64,000 nucleotides of DNA from Kondoa subrosea (GCA_039545335.1 BCIN01000002.1:3006678-3070677); one strand, 5' to 3'; shown: positions 1 through 15,430, counted from the first letter of the stretch. Made by a program: numbers and translations. Notes: generated by a model not told the origin, from the letters alone.

Positions 1-832
1 TCTTGACTGCTCTTGTTCGGCGCTCTGGGCCGCTCTGTGGCACTAGTCCTAAAGTTCGACATCGCTGCTGTGGGCAGAAAGCTCTGTTGACAAATCGAGG
101 CAAACAGACTTTGGACGCATGTACAGATCAACGCTGCCCTACTGGAACAAAGACGGGCCTTCAATCGTACACAGAACTGTCCTCAAAAACGCCTTGTTTC
201 ATCTGGGATATTCAGCTTATGCATGAACACATTACAAGATTGGTTAGCGCTCGCTTAAAGGCTCGCAGTTGATGCAAAGGCACTTGAAGAACGTATCACT
301 GATATACCTCAACCCGACACAAGAAGAAGGGAAGATGACGAAGCAGCAGCTTGAAGTAGCATCTGTGATCCTCCTACCATTGTGAGCTGCTATCACCAGG
401 ACCTGTCTGATTCATATAAGCTTGCTCTCTTTTCGCTTCAACAATACAGAAGACTAAATGGTACATCGCAAGACAAGAGCATGTGAAGCGTGCTACCTAA
501 TGGTCGTCGTCTTCATTCGCTCTTAGATGTCAGCGAAACTCTTTGCTCCTGTTCTGCTTCAGTCGACCGCCTCTCAAATGCATATCTGCTATATGGACGA
601 GAATTGGTCAAGTCGCTCTCCATGAAGAACGTATAGCTTCGTCAGCGTCAAATCAACAGAAGCAACGGATTATCCTCAACTTCATATCAATGCTGATTTT
701 GACGCTCTACCATTTATCGTCGAGTTCAAAAGTATGATTGTCCGACCAAAGAACTAAGGAAGTCTTGTCTGCAATGTCAGGTCGTGTTACGACTTTAAAG
801 AGATACTTGCTTGGTCTTTGTGGCTCAACGAA

Positions 833-866
833 TGCACTTCTGCATTGAGTGCACTTCTGCATTGAG
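833..866. repeat. 17-bp perfect tandem duplication (TGCACTTCTGCATTGAG)x2
   Basis: Read directly: copies at 833-849 and 850-866. Confidence 0.85.
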
Positions 867-1253
867 TACTAGATCAGCTATGATTTCGGACCGTCTCATG
901 AGCTCTTATGTCAAGATTTGTCTAAGCTCTCTGCCTTTGAGCGATCTTTCGTACGAGGTTTGGTCTACCCCATGGTAAGTCATTTTGTCCATTGGAAGCT
1001 CATAGCTGAGTATATTCATGTGTCGTAAGAAGGTTGAATCGCCAGAAATCAGATCTTAGACAAGCCAATTTCTGAACGATACATACAATCAAGGCGAAGC
1101 CGAAGGACGAAGGACGTACTCTCGATTGGCTTCGATGAAAACGAGATTCTCGATTGTCTTTGCCAGGTCTTACGGACCGAATAAGTGCCGAAAATGTTCT
1201 ACAACGTAATGATATAATCAATCTATTAACCATTCAAAATCGACTGTGCATTC

Positions 1254-1337
1254 GGCCGGATGGTGTAGTTGGTTATCACGTTTGCTTAACATTCATATGT
1301 TCGCAAAAGGTCAAGAGATCGAGCCTCTTTCTGGTCA
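1254..1337 (+). tRNA. tRNA-Val(AAC) with 10-nt canonical intron (1292-1301)
   Basis: Cloverleaf: acceptor GGCCGGA/TCTGGTC plus discriminator A; D-arm GTGTAGTTGGTTATCAC; anticodon stem TTTGC/GCAAA with loop TT-AAC-A[ttcatatgtt]C; T-stem AAGAG/CTCTT. Intron lies one base 3' of the anticodon and contains GTT, complementary to AAC. Confidence 0.93.
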
Positions 1338-1345
1338 TTTTTTTT
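1338..1345 (+). terminator. RNA polymerase III terminator (T8)
   Basis: Run of 8 T immediately after the tRNA discriminator base. Confidence 0.85.
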
Positions 1346-3269
1346 GCCCTTCTCGCATTCAAACAGATGACAAGAATGGTCTTCACGCTCGCAAGATGTG
1401 CCTGCCAACCCTCTTAATCGATTAAACGCCGGGTAACCGATCTAAGCCATGATTGTACAGCTTTTGACTTTCCTCTGTAATTGCAGAAAAGTAAGCTCTT
1501 GTTCCGAACCGCGAGTACTTATATACCAGACTGTGTCATACCCCTCTTGGATCACAAGGACAGCATCATGTCTGCTCCAGTCAAACGCAAGCGCAGCAGC
1601 ACACGCAAATCTGCTGTTCCACCTTCTTCGCCTGCTTTTAATGATTCTCTGGCTGAAGTGCCCCAAAGCGTCCTGCATGTGAGGTCTGTCAAGACAGAAG
1701 CGTTTGCTTTGCAAGTTAGCAAAGAAAGCCAGCAGCAATAAGCCTTGAACGAGCGCGGCCTGAAAGTCTTGCCTATTGTTGTCAAACTCTGCGAATCTCG
1801 CTCTTTTAAGTGTCCTACCTTACTGTCATCCTCTACTGAATCAAATGGTAGTCTCGTAAGCAAGTGGAGCAAGAATTCGAGCGGATCCAAAGAAGCAAAG
1901 GGAAGAGCGAATGACAAAACCTTTTAGCGTGCGCAACTACTCAGAAAATTGGGATGGATGCAGTATCTTTCTCTTGGATCATCTTCTTCAGTTTCTTCTA
2001 CTGCAACCTGCTCATCTGGTTCGTTCACTCATCTTCAGCGCAACTCGGCTACCTTGCATGGCTACTCTGACTTCATTATACAGGTGCCGTCGAACTATCA
2101 CGCGTCTTTCGTCCGCGCTCTCACTTAAGCAAGTACATCATCAGCTCGCAAGACTTTCTGCCTGAAACGCTGATTCGCGCTTTAGCTCTGTCCAAGTCCA
2201 TACCAAAGTCAAGGAATGTGTCAAGGGACGAATTCGATGCTCTATATCGTCCTACTGCAGATGTCGCCAGTGATGTGTCAGCTCTTTGCCTTGCATGTAA
2301 TTCTGCAGTATGAGTGATCAAGAGGCATGAAATGGCTTTGGACCGACAAGGCTTAGTCAAGACAGGAAGATAGGTCTACTGCGGAGCGCGATCTCGATCA
2401 CAGCTATGATTCGAGTGCAGTAAATATGGCAAAATTCGGCTCGTACAGCTAAGACTTGCTTCACTTCGGCTATGGCTCGATTGCTCTCAATACGGGCCGG
2501 CGCTAGGCTCGCGCTGCTGCTCGAAGGTCGTTATATTCTGTCTATCAGCCACCTTTCCAGCCAGCCTAGAGCTCATCAACCGCCGTATTTCCAATTTGAC
2601 CTTTTGCAAAATTATCAACACCTCCTGATTGCGCGAATGACCTCGCAAAACTGCAGTCCTCTTCTTCTCTTCCCATTACTTCGACATCGGTCATCGTCAC
2701 TACAGCTGGCGACACTTTGGCTTCTTTTGAAGACTTTTGGACGATCGGTTGGGCTCTACCTCTCAAGATCCTTTTCGCGCTCTTTCAACCTTCAAGACAA
2801 AGTGTCCCCGCCGGAAATGTCCATGCTTTGACTTTACAGGCAAGCTTCAGAGAATGACGCTCTTCTGAGCGATTACTATCTCTTTGAAGCTTTTCTGCAA
2901 AGTTGGAAATCAAGCCAAATAGTCAAAGCTTTTCATAGAATGGCTTTGGCTTTGGTCATGGGATGGTCTGAGTAGCGACATCGCTCGGCCTCAGTAGACT
3001 GGGTAACACAGCAAGCTACCAGTTACTCCAGTTCTCGAGTGCCTCCATCGACTTCAACTCACCTGTTTCGCCCAAGAAATTAAAAATCAAGAAAATGCTT
3101 TTCAGGTTAGTTCCTTCTTCTTTGCTTGTAATTAGCTTGTCGTGTGTGTGTGTTCCAAATGCTTTCGATGAAGAGTCTTTGCATTGTAGATATCAATGTA
3201 TAATCGTATTCAAAATGGTTCCAATTTCAAACTCGAGCTTATGATACAATCAATACATCTGGGAGACTT

Positions 3270-4124
3270 TTACACCCGCCCACTGACAAAAGCTGTGCTG
3301 AGCATCACACCACTCCTCCTCGCAGCTACTTTGACAGCACTCTTCCTTTCACTTTCCGCTTTATACTTCCAACCATTCTTTGCTTTCCAAGCTTTCTCCT
3401 TTTTCAATTTCTCTTCTTTTGTTTGCTTCCCTTCTGCTATCGAAGCTCGAGGTGTTGCTCGATCTGTTGAAGTTCTAGTGGAATTAGCGAAAAGCGGACG
3501 AGATTTCTTTAGTAGAGAAGAAGATTTGAAAGATGCTAGACGAGAAGAAGGTTCGGAAGGTTGTATAGGACCAGATTGAGATATAGAAGGAAGATGCTGA
3601 ATTGTCGTTTGCCTAATTACAGATTTGAGCTAATATCATTGGTAACGGAGTGGATTGTGACTGACCCTACTTGTATACTTGAGCCTTCTGTAGGACCTGT
3701 TTCTCGTGTTCGACGCTCCTCTTGCCTTTCTTCCACCTCAGCTTGAGTAGCTACTTCCGCCAACTTCAGCTTCTTGGCTTTTCGAAGCTCTTTAGATGCA
3801 GATTGGAACAAGGATACATCGAGATAATCAGAAGGTCGCTCTTCTATAGGTTGCTTAGCATCGTCTACAAAGGCTTCCGTTTCTATAGGCTGGGCATCCA
3901 CTTTGGGTCGTTTGGCCTGTCGACTTCTGTTTGCTGCTTTTCGTTTCTTGCTTTGCCTATAAGATGAAGTCAGCGTGTATACCTCACTTGTATATATAGG
4001 ACTATACGAACGCTTCAATTGCTTGCTGAGCTGCTTTTTCTTGAGCTTTCACTGAAGCTTTTACAGAACGAGTGGAAATTGCTTGAGGTTGCTCATCGTC
4101 TGAAGAATTGCTGTGATCTGACAT
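3270..4124 (-). CDS. basic, probably nucleolar protein, possibly Bud21/Utp16 (U3 snoRNA-associated) family; 2 introns
   Basis: Spliced reading MSDHSNSSDDEQPQAISTRSVKASVKAQEKAAQQAIEAF|RQSKKRKAANRSRQAK...AFVSGRV*. The SDDExPxAIS N-terminus followed by a K/R-rich coiled coil resembles that family; assignment is tentative. Divergent from SPF1 with ~105 bp between the ATGs. Confidence 0.55.
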
Positions 4125-4228
4125 TTGCTTAGCTTGTATGTTCGCAAGTGACTGTGCAGGATCAAACCTGGAATTATTATTTTCATAGAAGTGCCCTTGT
4201 TCTCGTACCTCGACTCAATTCGAGGACC

Positions 4229-7200
4229 ATGTCAGCTCTACGGATCAAGAGCGATGAGATCAAGTCACTAGAACTGCTCAATCCTCTGCCGATCTGGGCA
4301 AAAATCTACGTGTTGCCTTTCCTGTTCTTCTATCCACTTGCCACGTATGCCTACTTGGTGAAATATCAAGACTGGCTCAAGGAAGAACAGGCCAACACTT
4401 TCTTGGTCTGCTTGGCTTTGTTTGGTACTCATGCGTTGAGTTTCTTGGGCACCAAATGGTCTGCCAATTATCGAGCTCGAACAACTTGCAGCAAGGTAGC
4501 TTCTTTCCTTTGTGTTAGATTCAACAAGAAATAATGTGTGTGTTCATTGAATGTCAGGCTAGCTCAATGAAAACAGCAAGTTTGATTCGCATCATACCGC
4601 AGAAAGATAAAGGAGCAGGCGATATCGTTCCTCTACAGCGAACACGCAGAACAGCTACTTCACCCGAATCCATCTTCTGGTTCTCTTACCAAAGAGACAA
4701 GTTCACTTACTCTTCAGAAGATAAAGAATTCTCTAGATTGGCTTACCCAGTCGATTCTTTGCCAGCACCTACTTTAGGTACTTTTCAATCTTCCGAAGGT
4801 TTACATACTACTGGTGCAGTCAACGCTGCTGAAAACGCGTACGGAAAGAACACTTTCGATATTCCTATTCCTACTTTCAAGGAATTGTTTGGCGAACATG
4901 CTGTAGCTCCATTTTTCGTCTTTCAACTCTTTTGCGTTGGCTTGTGGTGCTTGGATGAATATTGGTACTACTCGATCTTCACTCTGTTCATGTTGGTCGT
5001 CTTCGAATGCACAGTAGTCTTCCAGGTCAGTCGAGGTGGCTATGTTTTAGCTTTTTGCTGATCCATACATTCTTGAATTGACAGAGACAACGCACTTTGG
5101 CTGAATTCAGAACAATGACTATCAAACCTTATCCTATCAATGTCTATCGAGCTGGCACTTGGTTTGAGATCTTGTCAGATGCTTTGTTGCCCGGGGATCT
5201 GGTTTCAATCGGTTGGTGATGAGGTTCAACTGTCAGCATCACGCTGATGTGATTCAATCTTCTCACCGACAGTCCGCTCGAAAGAAGATGGTGGATTACC
5301 TTGCGATTTGATCTTGCTCCAAGGAACTTGCATCGTCAACGAAGCTATGTTGTCAGGCGAATCTACTCCATTACTCAAAGAATCCGTCGCGCTTCGACCC
5401 TCTACCGATGTATTGGATCTAAACGGAGCAGATCGAAACTCAATCTTGTTTGGTGGAACTAAAGTCTTACAAGCTTCAGCTACTTCCGAAGCACCTATCA
5501 AGGAAGAAAAGCAAACTCCAGATAATGGTTGTGTCGCTATAGTACTTAAAACTGGGTTCGGAACATCCCAAGGTCAATTAGTTAGAACAATGATCTTCTC
5601 TACCGAACGCGTTACCGCAAACAATATCGAAAGTTTCTTGTTTATTGGGTTCTTACTTATCTTCGCTATTGCTGCTAGTGCATACGTTTGGATAAAAGGT
5701 GACTTGAAAATTATTCTGTTATGGGAATCAGCTCAGTTTGTTTAGGTGTGGAGAACAATCGACCAAGAATGAAGTTGCTTCTCGATTGCGTTATCATTAT
5801 TACATCAGTCGTACCGCCTGAACTTCCAATGGAGCTCTCATTGGCAGTGAACAACTCTTTGGTCGCTTTATCGAAATATGGTGAGAATTCGCGAATCATG
5901 CTTCAGCTTTCATTGCTGATTCATGAAAAACGGTTTCTCACAGCTATCTTCTGTACTGAGCCATTTAGGATACCTTTAGCTGGTCGAGTGGATGTCTGCT
6001 GCTTTGATAAGACTGGCACCATTACAGGCGAAGACCTCATTGTTGAGGGAATTGCAGGTGTAGAGTGCGTGATCTAGAGCTTCATCTACATGATTTAACT
6101 GAGCTTTGACTTTTGCGTACAGCCCCAAAGATTCAAGAAAACTCACGCCTGTTCACGAAACGGATCTCAACACTACTTTGACTCTCGCTTCGGCTCATGC
6201 TCTAGTACTTTTGGACGAAGCTGGTGTAGTTGGTGACCCAATGGAGAAAACAACTTTGGATGCTCTGGGTTGGTCTTTGTCGAGTGGAGACACTATTGGT
6301 CCTGCACCACCAAGCAAAGAAAAGAAACGACTTGAACTGAACTATGGTCCACCTAAAAAAGGTGCTAAACCTATCGAACCTACTCCTGCTGTAGAGCCAA
6401 CACCGAAACCTACTAGTCCTCATAAAGCTGTTGTTCAGATCAAGAGAAGGTACCAATTCTCCTCAGCTTTGAAAAGGATGTCGACTGTTTCTTCTATTCA
6501 AACACCTTCGGAACCTAAAAGGAAATTACTCGTTTCTGTCAAAGGAGCCCCAGAAACGCTAAAAGGAATGTACTTGTCTGTTCCGGCTGATTATGAGAAG
6601 ACCTACAAGTGGTATGCTCAGCAAGGAAGTCGAGTCCTGGCTCTAGGCTACAAGTGGTTGAAAGATGTCTCGCCAGAGCAGGTGAGTACTCAGAGTCTTA
6701 GTCAGTATAAGCTGATAAATCCTCTTGGGTGCTCACAGGTCAACCGTCTTGATAGAGAGAAAGTAGAATGCGATCTACACTTCGCTGGGTTCCTCGTTTT
6801 CCATTGTCCACTCAAACCGGATGCTGTCAAATCTATCAAAGCGCTGAACGATTCTTCACATCGGGTGAGTCAGATTGGTGGTCTCTTCAGCTTTGACTGA
6901 TGTAACCTTTCGATCGTGGCTTACAGTGCATCATGATCACTGGCGACAATCCTCTTACAGCTACTCATGTTGCAAGAGATGTCGAGATTGTAGACCGAGA
7001 AGTCCTTATTCTCGATTTGAAAGAAGGCGCAACATCAGAAACAGGTTCGTCTTCGCGCTCTTAACATCCTATCTGCTCACACTAGTGATAGATCTTGTTT
7101 GGAAGACCGTTGATGAATATAAAATCATCCCCGTTGATCCTTCGCAACCTATCGACCCTGAACTTCTTCTCAATTACGATATTTGCATGACCGGAGCAGC

Positions 7201-8940
7201 ACTAAAGCAATATGCAAACCTTCCAGTCTGGTCGGAACAGCTTGTGCGGCATACTTGGGTCTACGCTCGAGTCTCGCCAGCGCAAAAGGAATTCATCATT
7301 GCTACTCTGAAAGATCTGGGCTACATTACATTGATGGCAGGAGATGGGACGAACGATGTTGGAGCATTGAAGAGGGCTCACATCGGTGTTGCTCTGCTGA
7401 ACGGATCGGAAGCTGATTTGAAAGAGATTGCGGAACATCAACGATTGGAGAGGATAAAGAAGGTATATGAGACGCAGTTGAAGATGACTCGGAGATTCAA
7501 TCAACCTCCTCCACCTGTGCCTCCTGCTAGTCGGTGACGTCTCTGATTCATTCAGCTTGTGCTGATGGGCCAGGACTTCTATCGACAGTTGTACATCTCT
7601 ACCCAGAAATGGTTGCAGCGCAAAAGAAGGAAGCAGAGGAGCACGCAAAAGCAAGAAAGTCTACAAATACGCAGCAGAAGGTCAGTCAGTAGATATAAAC
7701 CGTTCGAGTTGTGCTCAATGACTTGACCAGTTCGACATGGATTCAATCATGTCAAAGATGCAGTCTATGGAAGAAGATGATCAACCACCAACGATCAAGC
7801 TTGGCGATGCTTCTGTTGCTGCCCCTTTCACCTCCAAGTTGGCGAATGTCTCAGCTAGTAAGTTCTGCTTGATGCATAAGCATTAAGATACCGACGGTTT
7901 TTCCCAGTCGTCAGCATTATCAGACAAGGCCGCTGTACTCTTGTAGCGACTATGCAGATGTACAAGATTCTCGGCCTAAATTGTCTAATATCAGCATACA
8001 GGTACGACAGGCGTAATCTTTGTCTGCTATAGTCTAAGATATCTTGCCCGTTTGCACAGTCTGTCCGTACAATATCTCGATGGCATCAAGTATGGAGACT
8101 ATCAAGTGACCATAACTGGACTATTAATGTCTGTTTGCTTCTTCTGCATATCGAGAGCGAAGGTAGCCCAAATGAACCTGCATGAGAGACATCTCTAACA
8201 TAGTAAGTGCTGCTTACAGCCTGTGGACAAATTGTCGAAAGAGCGACCGCTTGGCAATATCTTCAGTTTCTACGTTCTCTTTTCCGTCCTCCTGCAATTC
8301 TCGATACACATTATCTCTTTCCTTTACATTACAGGTCTCTCAGAATACTACGAACCGTACGTCTTTCTCTGCGTCACATATATTTGGACTTATATCATTG
8401 TTCTGTAGACGATCGGAAAAGGTCGACCTCGAAAAAGACTTCAAACCGTCTTTGCTCAACTCAGCAGTCTACCTCGTTTCCCTTACACAGCAAGTCTCTA
8501 CTTTCGCCCTCAATTACCAAGGTCGTCCATTCAGGGAAGGCTTGACTGAAAATCCAGCACTCTATTATGGATTGTTGGGAGTAGCGGGAGTTGCCATCAA
8601 TGGAGCTTTGGATCTCGTTCCTGAGTTCAATAGCTGGCTACAATTAACCAATATGCCTTGGGATGTCAGTCCTCTCTTGCCATTTCAGAAAGAATGATAG
8701 CTGAATGAGGAATGACAGTTCCGGATTCGATTGATCATAGCAATGATTTTCGATTACGGAGGAGCTTACGTTGGAGAACAAACGATGAAGTACTTCTTCA
8801 TTGACAAGAAACCAGCGGAATTGATTTCTAGGGGAAGTGCTCGAAGGGAAACACGAAGAGCGGCAGAATTGGAAGCTGAGAAAGTACAATTGGCTTTAGA
8901 GAATGGAGATGATAAAGTAGATAGCAAGAAGAAGAAGTAA
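4229..8940 (+). CDS. SPF1: P5A-type ATPase (ER transmembrane-helix dislocase, ATP13A1 ortholog), multi-exon
   Basis: Motifs [20 protein letters not shown] (phosphorylated Asp), [32 protein letters not shown] across GT-AG-separated exons; ends DSKKKK*. Confidence 0.96.
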
Positions 8941-8995
8941 AGTAGTAGTAGAGAAACGCGCATAAATCTGCATGAACTTCGCATAAATTTAAATA

Positions 8996-9001
8996 ACGCG
9001 T
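8996..9001 (+). promoter_or_regulatory. MCB (MluI cell-cycle box) ACGCGT upstream of MCM6
   Basis: ACGCGT 40 bp before the MCM6 ATG, with further CGCG cores near 8957 and 9024. MCB elements are typical of fungal G1/S replication genes. Confidence 0.6.
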
Positions 9002-9040
9002 CAAATATCTCTTTTTTGCAAACCGCGATTGATACCTTTC

Positions 9041-12273
<3,233 letters not shown>

Positions 12274-12427
12274 TGTCGTTTCTCTCAAGGGGAATCTTCT
12301 GCTGGTCAGGATGTAATTGTAGCATTTAAATGTACTGTAATGCTGTACGAACCCATTTGATTGCGCATAAACATGTTTCCCCAGATTCTGGGGTTGCGAG
12401 TCTATTTGTTGTCTTGCTCAGCCAGCA

Positions 12428-14982
12428 ATGCATCGAGCAACGAGGACAGCAGCTAGACAGGCCCGAATTTCCTGCAGAAGAGCTTCTACCCAAGCTGCAC
12501 CAGTGCTACCAGCTTCCCAAAATATAGTTCGCCCATTCTTAGCCTTTGCATCTGGCATTGCTTTATCTGCAGCTGTCTATCAATACGCTTCACTCCCAAC
12601 AGTTCATGCTGATGAAGTGAAAGAGCCACGACAGCGGCCTTTTGCTAAAGACTTCAAAGATGCGATTGCAGAACTCAAGTCGGTCTTCCCTGGAGACAAG
12701 TTTAGCGTGGATGAAGATGACTTGAAATCCCATGGAGTCTCACCTAATTCTCACCACCCGCCGGCTAATCCTGCAGTCATCATCTATCCTGCTTCAACGG
12801 AAGATGTGCAGAAAGCTGTTGGCATAGCTTACAAGTATCGAATGCCTCTCACACCTTTCAGCGGAGGCACATCTCTCGAATCACATTGTTCTGCTCCTTA
12901 CGGTGGAATGTGTAAGTACTACCTTATCGCTATGTCATTGGATACTCTAATCATGTGATGAATTAGGTCTGGACTTATCGCGAATGGACAAGATCTTAGA
13001 GATCCACGAAGCTGATGGAGATCTCGTCTGTCAATCTGGAGCAAGATGGATGGATATCAACGAAGAATTAGCAGAACGGAACATCCCTCTCTTCTTTCCG
13101 CTAGATCCAGGTCCAGGGTGAGTTGCGGGTACTGCCTGCCAGTAAATTAGCTTGACGATGTAGTATAGAGCTACTATAGGAGGTATGGTGAGCTGTCTAT
13201 CGCATTTGAAAGCGGTCTGCCACTGAATGACTTCTCATTAGGTGGGAACAGGTTGTAGTGGTACGAACGCTATGCAAGTTGTCTATCACATTCAAAAGCG
13301 GTCTGGCACTGAATAACTTCTCATTAGGCGCTACGGTACTGCGAAAGGTTAGATTACGAATGTATACCTTTGATTACTGCTAATCTGGCTGGTCAGCGGA
13401 ATGGTTCTTGAACCTTACAGCAAGCCTCGCTATATATGTACTTTGTCCTTTGGCTTATATATCTCACATTCAGGTCGTTCTAGCTAATGGTGAAGTCATC
13501 AAAACTCGATCAAGAGCACGGAAGTCAAGTGCTGGCTTTGACTTGACTAAAGTGTTCATCGGCGCTGAAGGCACTCTGGGTATGTGTTGGCTTCTGCTCC
13601 TCACCACAATTAAAGCTGATTTTGACAAGGCGTTGTCACTGAGGCAACGATCAGACTCACTCCCCTGCTACCTACTCGAGTCGCTATTTGCAATTTCCCT
13701 TCTGTTCAAGATGCGGTAGCGTGCGTTTTAGAAGTCATCAACAAAGGTGTACCTTGTCAGTGTGTTGAACTGCTTGACTCGCTAAGCGTACATGCGGTCA
13801 ATGATGCCGGGGCAAGTGGCTTCCTCTGTCCAATGGATAAGAAGCTCATGAATGAACAGCTCTGTCCTATGAAGCTGGAAGAGAAAGAATCGATATGGTT
13901 CAAACTTCAAGGCGAACCAGCAGCGACAGAATTAGCTGCCAAACAGATTGAAGAGATATTGAAGAAACATCAAGGTGGGAAAATGATCTTTTCCAAATCT
14001 CAAGAAGAAGCGAATGAGATTTGGGCCGCAAGAAAATCATTGGCTTGGAGCGTGTGAGCACAATGTATTTACGGTTGCTTGAAAACAGCTGATTGTAATG
14101 AAATACAAAACAGTCAAGGATTGAAACCTGGATGGAAGATGTACTCCACAGATGTCTGTGTGCCGCTGTCACAGCTTCCAAGTCTGGTCCAAGATACTCA
14201 AGATGATTTCAAGCGGAATAACATCTTTGGTACTGTCTTGGGTCATGCGTGAGTTTCTGTACTGTGCACACTTGCATGACACTCATTCTGATTACAGAGG
14301 TGATGGAAACTTCCATGCGTCAATTCTGTCAGCTCATGTCAAGCTTTATTAATTCACATACTGAGATGCGATGAAGGTTTGAAAAAGACAGCGAATTTCC
14401 CGAAGTAGATGCAGCTGCTCATAGGGTAAGCCAGAGATCTTCGGACACCCTTGCACATCTGACACTGAAGTTGCTCGCTTAGATGGTTGATCGAGCAATC
14501 GATTTAGGTCAGCGATGTCTTTTCCCTTAAGCTGTATTTCTGATCGTCGATTGCAGGCGGAACGTGTACTGGGGAGGTAAGCTATATCCAGCTCTATCTC
14601 TCTTCTCGCTATAATGCTTGTTTCTGATATAGCATGGTGTCGGTAAGTCAAAAGATTCTATTGTGATTTCTGCAGCTGAATAATCGAACAGGCACTTTCA
14701 AGAGAGGATATCTCAAGAAAGAATTAGGTACTGGTACAGTGGCAGTAATGCAATCGATCAAGAATCTGCTGGTGAGCAATCTCAATGTTTCCCCAGCACG
14801 CTTTATATATAATGAAGATGTACCAGGACCCAACTGGTATCATGAGTGAGTCTCAACAATTGAGTTGAATTCAAAGCTTAACAACTCTATTTTAGATCCA
14901 GGCAAAGTAAGTCTGGGAAATACAGCGAGTTTCACGCTGACAATTGTTTCAGCTGTATCCGGATATCGAGAACGAGACATGA
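12428..14982 (+). CDS. DLD1: mitochondrial D-lactate dehydrogenase (cytochrome), FAD-linked oxidase family; many short exons
   Basis: R-rich presequence, PFSGGTSLESH, FPLDPGPGATIGGMVGTGCSGTNAMRYGT, RARKSSAGFDLTKVFIGAEGTLG, GHAGDGNFH, GTCTGEHGVG, DPTGIMNPGKL; stop after YPDIENET. Confidence 0.92.
13188..13327 (+). repeat. two paralogous 54-nt spliceosomal introns (13188-13241 GT-AG; 13274-13327 GC-AG) in DLD1
   Basis: Manual ungapped alignment gives 46/54 identity; splicing both restores GGMVGTGCSGTNAMRYGT. Confidence 0.9.
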
Positions 14983-15430
14983 TATGGTTCGCATACTGTC
15001 TATTACATCAAGATGTGACGAAGGCGACTTCGACTGTATCAAATGTGAATTGGCTGGCCACTCCACTGCCTTTGACTTGTCTATCTCATCTTCTTTCCTC
15101 TGGTAGCAATTTTGCCGTCTTTTTTTGCTGCGCCCTGTCGCCATGGCCAGCACTAGCTGCGTTGCTGACCTCAGACTACGCGGAGCTGTTGAGCATGATT
15201 TGAGCCTTGACGCCAACTCTGAGTTGAAAGTGTACCTTAAGAGGCAGCGTCGAGAGCTCCAATTGAAACAATCAAGCCTACCATGCCAATCTCAAAATCG
15301 CGCGTTCCGCAAGGTCAAGTCGGCAATGCGGCAATGCCATCCCTGCCTTGGGAGCCCGGACTGTCTAAGGGGTCGTTCAATCATAGGATGCAATGCATTG
15401 ACAATACGTACAGAGTGGGGTGTTTCTCTT

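Noticed and set aside
1..1200. Short ORFs at the window start
   Set aside because: Fragmentary with no family motifs; cannot distinguish a gene end, pseudogene or intergenic DNA without upstream sequence.
13188..13327. Twin introns read as a CRISPR-like repeat-spacer unit or a simple tandem duplication
   Set aside because: Only two copies, eukaryotic context with no cas genes, both copies are exact introns, and the intervening exon is not duplicated.
14932..15430. Short ORFs between DLD1 and the permease
   Set aside because: No recognisable motif or consistent exon structure; overlap with the 3' ends of flanking genes.
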